Assembly: GCA_034430895.1 (NCBI GenBank)
Contig: DAOUDW010000079.1
Location: 9,240-73,239 of the forward strand
Source: Anaerolineales bacterium
GTDB lineage: Bacteria; Chloroflexota; Anaerolineae; Anaerolineales; E44-bin32
Direction: 5' to 3'
DNA: 64,000 nucleotides
Part shown: piece by piece, positions 1-9,306 of the stretch
Layout: every line of letters starts with the position of its first letter
Position numbering within the stretch: position 1 is the first letter of the stretch
Notes under the pieces: generated by a model
Told to the model about the DNA's origin: nothing
Database searches by the model: none
The model's input: the letters and a program-made list of their open reading frames with translations, nothing else
Made by a program: the position numbers and the translations under genes

Positions 1-986
1 CCGAAGCCTTCGATCGTCGAAGGGTAGGTAACCAGGTCGGAGCCCTGGTATGCATCCTTCAAGGAATAGACTTTATGGCCATCCGCATGCGTCGAGCGTG
101 TGTGGTTGACGTACTTGGATCCAAAGATAACCCGTACACGCAGGATCTCGGCGTAGTCGCGTAGATAGCGTTCGTACGCCGATCCTTCATCGCCGGAAGT
201 GTGTGTGATCACCAGGGCGCTGTCAGGGTCTAGTCTTCTTGTCAGCTCAATGGCGAGTTCGATTCGCTTTCGAGGCACGATTCGAGTAGGTTGGAGTAGG
301 AAATTTTGCTCCGGATATATACCCAATGCTTCACGAATATCCTCCGAGTAATCATCTTGTGGTGAAGGAGGATTCTCGAAATCCATGACATTGGGCACAA
401 GCGTTGAACTGGCGCCCGTGCGTAATGCGAGTTGGCGGGCGGCAAAGGAATTAATCACCACGTGGCGAATTGAGGGTAAGAGTGGTGGAAATGCAGCGCA
501 TAGATAATCCTGGGCGGCGTTCGTTGAATAACGTCGACGTTCCCAGGTGAAATCATGATGGTGGGCGATTGTGGGTATATTGGTCTCAGCGATGTATTCA
601 CTCAATGCAAGCCCGAGTGGAACGTTCATGGGGAGCGCGAGTGCGTTCTCAACGATGAGAATATCGATGTCGAATTTGTTTGCGAATTGATAGAGTTCTT
701 TCTTCAAATGAAACCGCAGGCGTTGGATCTTCCCACTGCATTCTGAAGAGCGGATGTAGTCATCGAAAAGATCGGATGTGATCGAAAGGATTTCCGGGTG
801 ATTGAAATGTGCCTCGGTGACGAGATGCGTCCGATCTTCCGGGTGATCCGATTCGCCGGCGAAGAAGAATGATTGGTGCCCCAGATAATTGAGGGTTTGA
901 ACCCACTTTTTCGTCTCCAAGGAAACGCCGTCCGTACCTGCAAATCGTGTAGAAACAAATCCAATATTCCTGGCATATTTACTCAT
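1..986 (-). CDS. GT4 glycosyltransferase, MggA-like (mannosylglucosyl-3-phosphoglycerate synthase family); runs off the window edge
   Basis: Not in the ORF track (no stop in window). Manual translation from ATG 986: MSKYARNIGFVSTRFAGTDGVSLETKKW...AHHHDFTWER; DGVSLE..KW and HHHDF.WER are MggA-type motifs. ATGA overlap with the stop of the upstream phosphatase. Confidence 0.85.
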   Translation of the reverse strand, partial: MSKYARNIGFVSTRFAGTDGVSLETKKWVQTLNYLGHQSFFFAGESDHPEDRTHLVTEAHFNHPEILSITSDLFDDYIRSSECSGKIQRLRFHLKKELYQFANKFDIDILIVENALALPMNVPLGLALSEYIAETNIPTIAHHHDFTWERRRYSTNAAQDYLCAAFPPLLPSIRHVVINSFAARQLALRTGASSTLVPNVMDFENPPSPQDDYSEDIREALGIYPEQNFLLQPTRIVPRKRIELAIELTRRLDPDSALVITHTSGDEGSAYERYLRDYAEILRVRVIFGSKYVNHTRSTHADGHKVYSLKDAYQGSDLVTYPSTIEGF

Positions 987-1546
987 AATTGCTCCACTTC
1001 GAGGGATTTGGGATTGGCGTTGGCGGGGATATGATCCCACACGGTTTCGATCGGTAGTCCCTTCGCTTCCACCTGGATGATCGCCAATGCCAGGCCGTGA
1101 GAGACAATGGCGACGGTTTCCTTCGGGTGGTGCTTGATGATATCACGTATCGCTTCAAGCACGCGCTGCCGAACCTCTCCAACGGTTTCCCCTCCGGGCG
1201 GAGCGACTTCCAGCGGCGCGTTTTTTCGTTCTTCCCAGGCTTGCCGATATCGGGCGCGGATTTCATCGAAATGAAGCCCTTCCCATTCGCCCTGGTGAAT
1301 CTCGCGTAGGCGTGGATCGAGGTAAAGTGGAACAGCGCGGGCGGCTAGCAACCGCATCGCCGTTTCACTGGCACGCTGCAGATCGCTGCTGTAAATTGCA
1401 TCAATTTTGTCTACACATTCATTCGAAGCGAGTGTATCGGCTTGCTGGAGTCCGCGTGTATTGAGGGGAATGTCCGATTGACCTGTATAACGGCCTTCGA
1501 TGTTCCAGTCTGTTTCACCGTGTCGTATCAGGATCAGTGTTGTCAT
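983..1546 (-). CDS. Histidine phosphatase family protein, probable glucosyl-3-phosphoglycerate phosphatase (GpgP-like)
   Basis: RHGETDWN and VSHG motifs; directly downstream of gpgS. Confidence 0.85.
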   Translation of the reverse strand: MTTLILIRHGETDWNIEGRYTGQSDIPLNTRGLQQADTLASNECVDKIDAIYSSDLQRASETAMRLLAARAVPLYLDPRLREIHQGEWEGLHFDEIRARYRQAWEERKNAPLEVAPPGGETVGEVRQRVLEAIRDIIKHHPKETVAIVSHGLALAIIQVEAKGLPIETVWDHIPANANPKSLEVEQL

Positions 1547-1553
1547 TATTTAA

Positions 1554-3404
1554 TTATGCCGCACTGTCTTCCCCCTGGCGAGTATGGTATTCCGGAATTT
1601 CGATCATCGGTGGCCTTTGTAACTCGGCGATCCTTTCAACTTCGAGGAAGAAACGACTTTCCTCGTGGCGGATCAGTTTCATGGCTCGGTTGACATCTTG
1701 TAGTAATTGTAGCCCATCTCGTCGATCGATTTTGCGGATAACCGCCTGGATGATTGCAAAAGACATCTTGCTGAGAGAGGATAATGGTTGATTTCGGTGA
1801 AGCCGTTTTATGAGATTGACTTGCCCCAGGGCTTCGAGTCCATAGCGATCGAGAATGTCAATCAAAAGTCCGATTTCCACCCCGTAGCCACATGAAAAGG
1901 GGAGCTGTTCCAGCACTTGCCGGCGGCCACCATACTCACCGGAGAGAGGTTGTATGAATCCGGAAAGGGCAGGGTAAAAGAGGTTCAACAGCGGCCGAGC
2001 GGTTAGTTCGGTGACTCTGCCTCCGCCTCGAGCGTGGGTCGTATCGCCTACTCGAATAGGTCTTAAATAAAAGCCCTTGATGAACTTCAAGTTCGGTCGG
2101 TGAAGAAGTGGTCCGATCAATCCATAAACAAAATGAGGATGGATGTTGGTGATATCCGTGTCGATCCAGATCACGATATCTCCATGTGTAACGTAGAGAC
2201 TCTTCCAGAGGGCCTCACCTTTGCCGTGGCGTTCGCCGTATTGTGGGAGAATATTCTGGTGAGTGTAAACCGGGATGTTGTATCTACGCGCGATTTCGCG
2301 TGTGCCGTCGGTTGAGTTTGAGTCGATCAAGATCATTTCGTCGAGTAAGGGAATTTCATCCATTAGCTTTTGTTTAATGGTACGGATGACATTTCCGATG
2401 GTTTCCTCTTCGTTGAGCGTGGGTAGAGCGAGGCTGATTGTCAGACCTTGTTCCAGTTTACGATTGTATAGGCGCTCGAGATTGTCGAATTCATTGGCTG
2501 AAAATGTATTCTCGGCGAACCACTTGTCGACAAGGATCGAGATTGCCTCGATGCCCTCAAAATCCGGTTGTGGCTGGGGTACTGATTGTCTACCTGAACA
2601 TGTGTACAAGATGGGGATGTGAGATTCTTTAAAAAGGCGAGAGCTAAGTGGCTCATACAACCCATCTCCCACATCGTCGGTTTCACACGCGCCGACGATA
2701 AGCAGATCGAATTTCTCGGCTTGCTTGATGATGGCATCTACAGGGTCTTCGGAGATGAGTAAGGCATCTTCAATTTGAGGTAAGTGTTCGAGTACTTGAT
2801 CGAGGCCGGGGATGGTATCGCCGGTACTGAGATCGTCGATCGAGGTCTCTGAACGGATGGTGGACAATGTGTAACCGCCGCTGCGAGCGAGATTGAGTCC
2901 GAGGCGTAAGGCCAACTCGCTGTCGGGGCCGGGCCGTAGGACAACGAGAATGCGATCCCCTTTCGATGGTGCACTTCCCTGAAGAAGCGCTATCGGGCAT
3001 GACGCGTACTTCAATAAGGATTCCACAATCTCGCAATACTCGGGATTTTTCGTTGTCCATGGCAGCACAAGTAGATTGACGTTTTGTTTTTTGATAAATG
3101 TGGTGAGGTCAAATGCCGGATGGGTTGAAGCGATGATCTTGGGCCACTGCTGACCCCCATAGGCTCGTATCGCTTTACGCACGCGTGTGCGTAATTCTTG
3201 CGTGAGAGATGATGCCAGACTCAAAGTCTCATCGCTCTCAACGGCAACCACACCCAAGACCTGCACCATCTTTCCATCACTTAATTGGTGTGCAAGCGAG
3301 ATCATCGGTTCGCCAAGAACGTTGTTGAAAATCGGAACGAGAACGCGGCTTCGCTTGCGTCGACCTCTGCGTGGTTTTGCTTTTTCTATCTGTCTCTCAG
3401 TCAT
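1554..3404 (-). CDS. gpgS: Glucosyl-3-phosphoglycerate synthase with N-terminal tandem USP-like region
   Basis: C-terminal half has LPTLNEEETIG, GKGEALW, WIDTDI, GGGRVTEL, QPLSGEY, GYGVEIGLL, HRNQPL; N-terminal ~270 aa is USP-like (RILVVLRPGPDSELALRLG...DLLIVG). Confidence 0.88.
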   Translation of the reverse strand: MTERQIEKAKPRRGRRKRSRVLVPIFNNVLGEPMISLAHQLSDGKMVQVLGVVAVESDETLSLASSLTQELRTRVRKAIRAYGGQQWPKIIASTHPAFDLTTFIKKQNVNLLVLPWTTKNPEYCEIVESLLKYASCPIALLQGSAPSKGDRILVVLRPGPDSELALRLGLNLARSGGYTLSTIRSETSIDDLSTGDTIPGLDQVLEHLPQIEDALLISEDPVDAIIKQAEKFDLLIVGACETDDVGDGLYEPLSSRLFKESHIPILYTCSGRQSVPQPQPDFEGIEAISILVDKWFAENTFSANEFDNLERLYNRKLEQGLTISLALPTLNEEETIGNVIRTIKQKLMDEIPLLDEMILIDSNSTDGTREIARRYNIPVYTHQNILPQYGERHGKGEALWKSLYVTHGDIVIWIDTDITNIHPHFVYGLIGPLLHRPNLKFIKGFYLRPIRVGDTTHARGGGRVTELTARPLLNLFYPALSGFIQPLSGEYGGRRQVLEQLPFSCGYGVEIGLLIDILDRYGLEALGQVNLIKRLHRNQPLSSLSKMSFAIIQAVIRKIDRRDGLQLLQDVNRAMKLIRHEESRFFLEVERIAELQRPPMIEIPEYHTRQGEDSAA

Positions 3405-4638
3405 TGTCTACACTCTCTAGTAGGGGGATGATCATCTTGGAAACGATGGTCTCCCACGTGTACTCGTTTAACACATGGCGGCGCAGGAGAAAACTGGTTT
3501 TTGTAAACAAATTCTCTGCGATGTCCTTCGCCACGCTTTCTGGTGAATCGTCCAAAGCAAAGTAATCTGCGCGATCATCCACACTTTCGTGGAACGGTTC
3601 AATATCGCTGCAGAAAATGGGCAGACGTGTAAATCCTGCTTGTAAGAGTGGAATCCCGAATCCTTCCTGAAGGCTTGGAAAAAAGAGCGCGTCACTCAAG
3701 GCGTATAGATTCGCCATTGTGGCTTGATCGATGTGCTGATATTCCTGTGTGCCAGATTCGTAGAGAAAATGGGCATATTTCTCAATTTTTAATGCACGCC
3801 GTTGCGCGAGCAGACGCTCGAGATAAGCAACATTGGCCGGGTTATGGGGCCCTGGAGGGCCCGTTACGATCAGGCGAACATCTTGTTGCGAAAGTGAACG
3901 AAGCTCGGCAAGCACCTGCAGCGCAAAACCGATGTTCTTACGCTGAGTGATTCTGGCGGGCAGTAAAAGGATCGCATCCGCTTCGAGTAAATTGAGTTCT
4001 GCCACCAGGTAGCGCGTCCGGTCGGTCCAATTGCCGATCACGCTGGGGTCGATCCCTGGCGGGATGACATGAATGGAAGTGGATTCCATCTCATACATTT
4101 CTGCCAGACGAGTGCATTGTGCTTTGGATACAACGACGTTGATTGTCTCCGGCCAGGGTTTACGTAACAAATCCCAGGGGTATGCACACTTCAATTCATC
4201 CCGATACTGTTCTCGATCCCAGGCGAAATCATGATGCCAACCGATGATTGGCGGCGATTGGCGAGAGGTATGCAGTTCCCAGAGAGCCGCTGTGAGCGGG
4301 AGGTTCTTGTGCAGCGTCATTGCGTTATGCACGATCAAGATGTTGAGGTTTTGGATGACGGCTTTCAATCGCTCTTGGATGGTTGCACGCAATTTTTCGA
4401 ATGAATGGCTGCATTCACCTCGGTCCAATTCTTGTTTAACCGTGAGAACGGCAGGGTGTTTTGAATAGAGTTCTGGAACCACATCCACGGGGATGCGTTG
4501 ATCATACCTTTCTCCCGCGCCCACGATCAACCGCGTTGTATGTCCAAACTCGGTTAAGAGTGAGCTGTGGTGATACAGGGTTTGCTCGACTCCACCGATG
4601 GTAGGAGGACCGCTGTAGTGTAACAACCCGATCTTCAT
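3397..4638 (-). CDS. GT4 glycosyltransferase, second MggA-like paralogue
   Basis: GWHHDFAWDR, PARITQRKNI, EGFGIPLLQA (GT4 E-x7-E motif, second Glu replaced by Gln). Confidence 0.85.
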   Translation of the reverse strand: MKIGLLHYSGPPTIGGVEQTLYHHSSLLTEFGHTTRLIVGAGERYDQRIPVDVVPELYSKHPAVLTVKQELDRGECSHSFEKLRATIQERLKAVIQNLNILIVHNAMTLHKNLPLTAALWELHTSRQSPPIIGWHHDFAWDREQYRDELKCAYPWDLLRKPWPETINVVVSKAQCTRLAEMYEMESTSIHVIPPGIDPSVIGNWTDRTRYLVAELNLLEADAILLLPARITQRKNIGFALQVLAELRSLSQQDVRLIVTGPPGPHNPANVAYLERLLAQRRALKIEKYAHFLYESGTQEYQHIDQATMANLYALSDALFFPSLQEGFGIPLLQAGFTRLPIFCSDIEPFHESVDDRADYFALDDSPESVAKDIAENLFTKTSFLLRRHVLNEYTWETIVSKMIIPLLESVDND

Positions 4639-4640
4639 CT

Positions 4641-6392
4641 TTAGTCGCTCCCATCGAGTTTTATCCAGCGAACCTGATAGGGATCCAGGGGACAGTTATC
4701 GAGGGAAACGGTGTCACCGGAGAGGACGTCTTCCGCCCGTGGCAGTGAGTAATCAGGCAGGTTTATCCTCGCGCGGAACGCCTCCCCTGAAATTTCCTGC
4801 AAACAGAGCATGATGCTTGGGCTGTTTGGCGCATATCGCATGAGTGCGAAGATGGATGGATCGACCTCGAGGACACGCTGTTCGCCATGCGGATGGAAGG
4901 CCGCAAAGCGTCGGCGTGCGCGCAGGAGTTGTTTGTATTCACGGAATACTCGAGCACGAATAGTAGTGTGGTCGGCGAGTTGATCTTCGAGCTGGGCAAG
5001 CTTGAGTCTCTCCCGATTGATGCTGCGCAGTTTGCCGGTTTTTTCTACGTCTTGCAGGTTACTACGAGAGCCAAACAGACTGTGGAAATATATTCCCGGC
5101 ACCCCGATGAGGGAAAGCATGATCGCTTGTGAAACCATGAATCGCGCCACTTGTCGATCCGATCCGGGATTTTGCGCGGTTTGCTCGACAAGTGCATCGT
5201 AATAATTGATATTCAGTTCGTATGGCTGACGCTCGTCTTCGTTTACTTGCCGATAGGAGATGCCGCCACCATTTGCTTTCGTTTGTCGGATCAGTGCCTC
5301 GATCTCATCCGCAGCGAGGATACCCTGGACCGGGCGAAGGCCGATACCATCGTGGGATGCCAGGAAGTTGAAGAAGGTTACCTTTTTAGAGGGAAGGTGA
5401 ATACCGGCAGCCCAATCCGTAAGGCGGGACGCGTCGCCGGAGAGTAATGTGTGCAGCACCAACGGCGGCAGCGCAAATTGATAGACCATATGCGCTTCGT
5501 CGTTGCCGTCGCCGAAGTAGGAGATGTTTTCGGAGTGGGGCACATTCGTCTCGGTGACGATGTGTACCCAGGGCGCGACGGTATCCAGCACAGAGCGGAT
5601 CACTTTCACAACGCGATGGGTCTGGGGTAGATGGATGCAGGATGTGCCTACTTGTTTCCAGAGAAAGGCGATTGCATCCAGGCGAATGATCTGGGCACCG
5701 CGGCGAATGTAGAAGAGCAAAAGTTCCAGAATTTCCAGGAGAACGTCAGGATTGGCAAAATTGAGATCGATTTGATCGGCGCTGAATGTCGTCCATACGT
5801 ATTGTTCCCCTTGCGATGTCCTGACAGGGGTCAGCAAGGGCAGATCGCGCGGGCGAACGACATCGTCGAGATCGGTGTTGGGATCGAGGCGGATGAAGTA
5901 ATCCAGGTAGGCGGGATCCCCGGAGAGAAATTTCTGGAACCAGTCGCTCTGCGCAGATACGTGGTTGATGACGGCGTCTATCATCAGACGAAACACATCG
6001 GCGATCTTTGTGATTTCGGACCAATCTCCCAGATCGCTGTCCACAGCTCGATAGTCGGTCACCGAAAATCCGTCGTCTGAAGAGTACGGGAAGAAAGGTA
6101 GAATGTGAACGCCGTTGACTGTTCCTTCAAGCTGATTCGACAGCAAATTAAACAATGTTGTTAACGGTTTTTCACCGCTTTGCCTGACCATTTCGCCATA
6201 GGTAATCAGAATAGCGTCGCGTTCGGATAGTGGGTTGGCAGCAGGTGGTTTTTCTCCAGCGGTAAGCAGGTGTTTTTCGAGCGCGTTCTCAATCCGCGTA
6301 AAGGCCATCGTGCGCTGCTCTTCGGAGTAGAGCTGTGCAAGGTGCGTTTTGATATGCGCTCGTTGTACTTGGGTCAAGTTATTCGCTGTCAA
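4641..6392 (-). CDS. GH13_18 sugar phosphorylase, probable glucosylglycerate phosphorylase (YcjM-like)
   Basis: HILPFFPYSSDDGF, WTTFSADQIDLN, RLDAIAF, TETNVPH, SHDGIG, PYELNI; the ETNVP and YELN residues match the glucosylglycerate-specific subgroup. Confidence 0.85.
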   Translation of the reverse strand: MTANNLTQVQRAHIKTHLAQLYSEEQRTMAFTRIENALEKHLLTAGEKPPAANPLSERDAILITYGEMVRQSGEKPLTTLFNLLSNQLEGTVNGVHILPFFPYSSDDGFSVTDYRAVDSDLGDWSEITKIADVFRLMIDAVINHVSAQSDWFQKFLSGDPAYLDYFIRLDPNTDLDDVVRPRDLPLLTPVRTSQGEQYVWTTFSADQIDLNFANPDVLLEILELLLFYIRRGAQIIRLDAIAFLWKQVGTSCIHLPQTHRVVKVIRSVLDTVAPWVHIVTETNVPHSENISYFGDGNDEAHMVYQFALPPLVLHTLLSGDASRLTDWAAGIHLPSKKVTFFNFLASHDGIGLRPVQGILAADEIEALIRQTKANGGGISYRQVNEDERQPYELNINYYDALVEQTAQNPGSDRQVARFMVSQAIMLSLIGVPGIYFHSLFGSRSNLQDVEKTGKLRSINRERLKLAQLEDQLADHTTIRARVFREYKQLLRARRRFAAFHPHGEQRVLEVDPSIFALMRYAPNSPSIMLCLQEISGEAFRARINLPDYSLPRAEDVLSGDTVSLDNCPLDPYQVRWIKLDGSD

Positions 6393-6754
6393 AATGTTCC
6401 CTTTTTACAGGTCAGGTGAGAGCGTGTCGTTTTGTCCACGATCAATTACAAGCCTCTACTCGAATGCGTGCGATTCGATGAAGCTGCGATGCTGGCGACG
6501 TGAAATGAAGATGCCGCCATCTCACTGCGCAGAAAATGGACATTTGTTCCGACGAAACCCCACGGACGATGGCAATTTCAATGTCTTGTCGATCGTAACG
6601 ATTGTAATGGCAAATACCCGTCCGTTGACGAAATCCCCATTCGATGCGGAGGGCTATTTCATGGGTGTGTAGCTTCCGGGATAGTTACAAACGATCGCCA
6701 GGGCGCTACACAATTCGATAGAACTCATTTGTACTTGTTAATATTTACTTGTTT

Positions 6755-6777
6755 GACTCGATTATACTTATCGAGTC
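6755..6777. promoter_or_regulatory. Palindrome GACTCGAT-TATACTT-ATCGAGTC enclosing a -10-like TATACT; candidate operator for the DsrE gene
   Basis: Perfect 8-bp arms, 7-bp spacer, ~65 bp upstream of ATG 6844. Confidence 0.45.
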
Positions 6778-6843
6778 TTTTCGGCGAAAGTCGTTCGAAG
6801 TGTGACTTTGGGGCATGAGTTATCATTTGGAGGGTCAATATCC

Positions 6844-7188
6844 ATGGAGCGATCTATCGTTTATATCTTTACAAGCGATGGAATGGGGCAGACACACGAT
6901 CAGGAATTGCGCCAGATGCTGGCGGGCAAGCTATTCCAGTTGTTGATGATGGCTGATCCACTGCCAAAAGCGGTATGTTTTTACACGGATGGCGTGAAAC
7001 TGGCTTGTGAGGGATCTCCCGTTCTGAAAGAACTAGTAACGTTGGAGAGGCAAGGTGTCCACCTGGTGCTGTGCAATACATGTCTTAACCGATTGGGATT
7101 GAGTGATGCTGTCCGTGTTGGAATCGTCGGTGGTATGACGGATATCATCACTGCAATGAACACAGCCGACAGTGTAATTACGTTGTAA
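6844..7188 (+). CDS. DsrE/YedF-family sulfur-transfer-like protein
   Basis: FYTDGVKLACEGS, LVLCNTCL, VGIVGGM; GAGGG RBS before ATG 6844. Confidence 0.8.
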   Translation: MERSIVYIFTSDGMGQTHDQELRQMLAGKLFQLLMMADPLPKAVCFYTDGVKLACEGSPVLKELVTLERQGVHLVLCNTCLNRLGLSDAVRVGIVGGMTDIITAMNTADSVITL

Positions 7189-7215
7189 CTTCCTGGATTG
7201 ACCGGGCTATTTAGC

Positions 7216-7902
7216 TCAAGTGGCCTTGCCAGCGTGCAATAAACGACCCGCCAGCCCGGATCCGATAAGTGCCAAACCGTATGTGGTCAGGTACTGATCG
7301 GAGGCTGCGTCGAAAAGAATGGATGCATGGGTAGGGAAATCCTCATCGCCCGGCCACAGTGCTGCCGCCATACGGATGCGCGGTAAGGGTTGAAATGCAT
7401 AGGCGAAAGACGCAAGTGCGGAAAGGCGCCAGCCATCCAGTTTCTGTGCAGCGAGATCGAAATCTTCAGGGCGTTCTCCGAATCGACGTGCCAATCGATT
7501 TCCGCTGTATCCCTGGAATGCCTGGTGGTAAAAAGCCCCGTCGGGAAGTTCGCGGAAGGCAATCCACCGGTCGGCAAGGCTGGTTCCTTTGGCGGTGTGC
7601 AGGTAGTAAATCAACATCGCACTATCGAATATAGAGCAGGGTTTGCCTTTTTCCACGAACACGGGTGCCAAGGTGTCCCAGGGAATGGCGATGTTTTGCC
7701 CCCAATACTCGAAGCGAATGCTGCCATCTCGATACAATCCGCCGCATCGATCGGCTACGATTTGAGGTTGGCGGGTATGCAGTTCGGAGCGCAGTTCGTC
7801 CAAACGGCGCAGCATGCTTTCCTGCCATGCCTGCCGCGCTTGATCGACGATGTCTTCCCCGGAAGCGTGGTGATCTCCTGTTTGGTCCGTTAGTCCTGGC
7901 AT
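7216..7902 (-). CDS. DUF3786 domain protein
   Basis: LIYYL...WIAFRELPDG..Y..AF, ALWPGDEDFP..ASILFD pattern; start placed at ATG 7902. Confidence 0.75.
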   Translation of the reverse strand: MPGLTDQTGDHHASGEDIVDQARQAWQESMLRRLDELRSELHTRQPQIVADRCGGLYRDGSIRFEYWGQNIAIPWDTLAPVFVEKGKPCSIFDSAMLIYYLHTAKGTSLADRWIAFRELPDGAFYHQAFQGYSGNRLARRFGERPEDFDLAAQKLDGWRLSALASFAYAFQPLPRIRMAAALWPGDEDFPTHASILFDAASDQYLTTYGLALIGSGLAGRLLHAGKAT

Positions 7903-8074
7903 GCGGATGTATTCCTGGAAACAGTCTCTGTTTCCCCGGACAATCGGCATTGTTGACCGATCGATAGATATCGCGAGCGTTGCTGGAGTAACGTCGCCTG
8001 ATACGGGTATTTCCGTTCGAGCGAATGTCGGTTTTAGATTGCACTCGTGTGGTTGGCGGGTGCGAATCTACTTC

Positions 8075-8836
8075 TTACTTGCCGCTGATCAGGTCTCCCA
8101 GAATTTGACCGCCGAGTCCGGCGATGCCCTTGCGTTCGCCAGTTTGATGGCGTGTGGCTGCCATAACGCGGTCTGCAATTCGCGAGAAGGGCAAGCTCTG
8201 CAAGTAGACTTTTCCAGGTCCGGTAATTTTCGCCAGGAACAACCCTTCTCCACCGAAGAGGGCATTTGTGAAACCACCGATGAATTGGATGTCATAGTCG
8301 ATGCTGGTCGAAAAGGCAACCAGGCAGCCGGTATCGACTCGCAGTGTTTCCCCGGCAGCAAGGTCTTTTTCGATCACCGTGCCGCCGGCGTGCACGAAGG
8401 CCAATCCATCGCCTTCGAGGCGTTGCAGGATGAAACCTTCGCCGCCAAAGATCCCTGCGCCGATTTTCTTGGTGAAAGCAACTTCGATCTCGATGCCCTG
8501 AGCGGCGCATAAGAAGGAATCTTTTTGGCAAAGAATACTGCCGCCAAAATCTGTCATGGTGATCGGGATGATCTTGCCCGGGTAGGGAGCTGCAAACGCG
8601 GCGTGTGATTTGCCGCTGCCGTTGTTGAGAAATGTGGTGATGAAAAAACTCTCGCCTGTAACGGCGCGCTTCAAGCCCTTAAAAAGACCTCCACCGGTCG
8701 AAGTCTCCATTTCGATGGCGTTTTCCATGTACGTCATCGTGCCTGCCTCTGCACGGACCCCTTCCCCGGGGTCAAGTTCGATCTCGACGAGTTGCAGGTC
8801 ATCTCCGAAAATTTTATAGGCGACTAAATCAGCCAT
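8075..8836 (-). CDS. TIGR00266 / AIM24 family protein
   Basis: GEGVRAEAGTM, GESFFIT, QKDSFLCAA, GGEGFILQ, GPGKVYLQSLP; GGAGG RBS. Confidence 0.9.
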   Translation of the reverse strand: MADLVAYKIFGDDLQLVEIELDPGEGVRAEAGTMTYMENAIEMETSTGGGLFKGLKRAVTGESFFITTFLNNGSGKSHAAFAAPYPGKIIPITMTDFGGSILCQKDSFLCAAQGIEIEVAFTKKIGAGIFGGEGFILQRLEGDGLAFVHAGGTVIEKDLAAGETLRVDTGCLVAFSTSIDYDIQFIGGFTNALFGGEGLFLAKITGPGKVYLQSLPFSRIADRVMAATRHQTGERKGIAGLGGQILGDLISGK

Positions 8837-8932
8837 GTCGATCCTCCATTGTGGAATTATTAGCCCTCCGTAGTCTACCAGACTTCGAAGAGGTTGTCGG
8901 TAAAAAATTAGGCATTTTAATCGTGGTTGGAT

Positions 8933-9160
8933 TCATTCTTCCATTTCATCCGGTTGGTCGCGCCGTAGTAATCGAAAGCGTTGTGCTTGTCGAGCCCTGC
9001 TGCGGATCGCACGTCGGCGTAACAACAACCCAATCAAGGAGATGCAAGCTCCCACCAAAAGTACCTGGGGGTCTCCTTCTTGATTGGATGCGCTGGTGAT
9101 GTAAACCAGCAGGGTGATCAACCCGATCAAGATCAGCGCCAAACTTACACGATGTGCCAT
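8933..9160 (-). CDS. Small two-helix membrane protein
   Basis: Two hydrophobic segments and a basic tail; fits the gene order. Confidence 0.6.
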   Translation of the reverse strand: MAHRVSLALILIGLITLLVYITSASNQEGDPQVLLVGACISLIGLLLRRRAIRSRARQAQRFRLLRRDQPDEMEE

Positions 9161-9306
9161 GAAAGTCCTGTTATTTCAGACCGCGGTGATGGGTCCGGTG
9201 TGAATGTTCCGATTTGTGACACTCCCGCATGACAACATTTCCTCCATGTGAGCATAGGTTGTGCGACGCCCGAGAAGATCTGTCTCTCAGGCGTCGGAGT
9301 GTGATA

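Noticed and set aside
7216-7902. DUF3786 as part of the corrinoid system
   Set aside because: It lies about 9.5 kb away, on the opposite strand, and lacks the shared operator.
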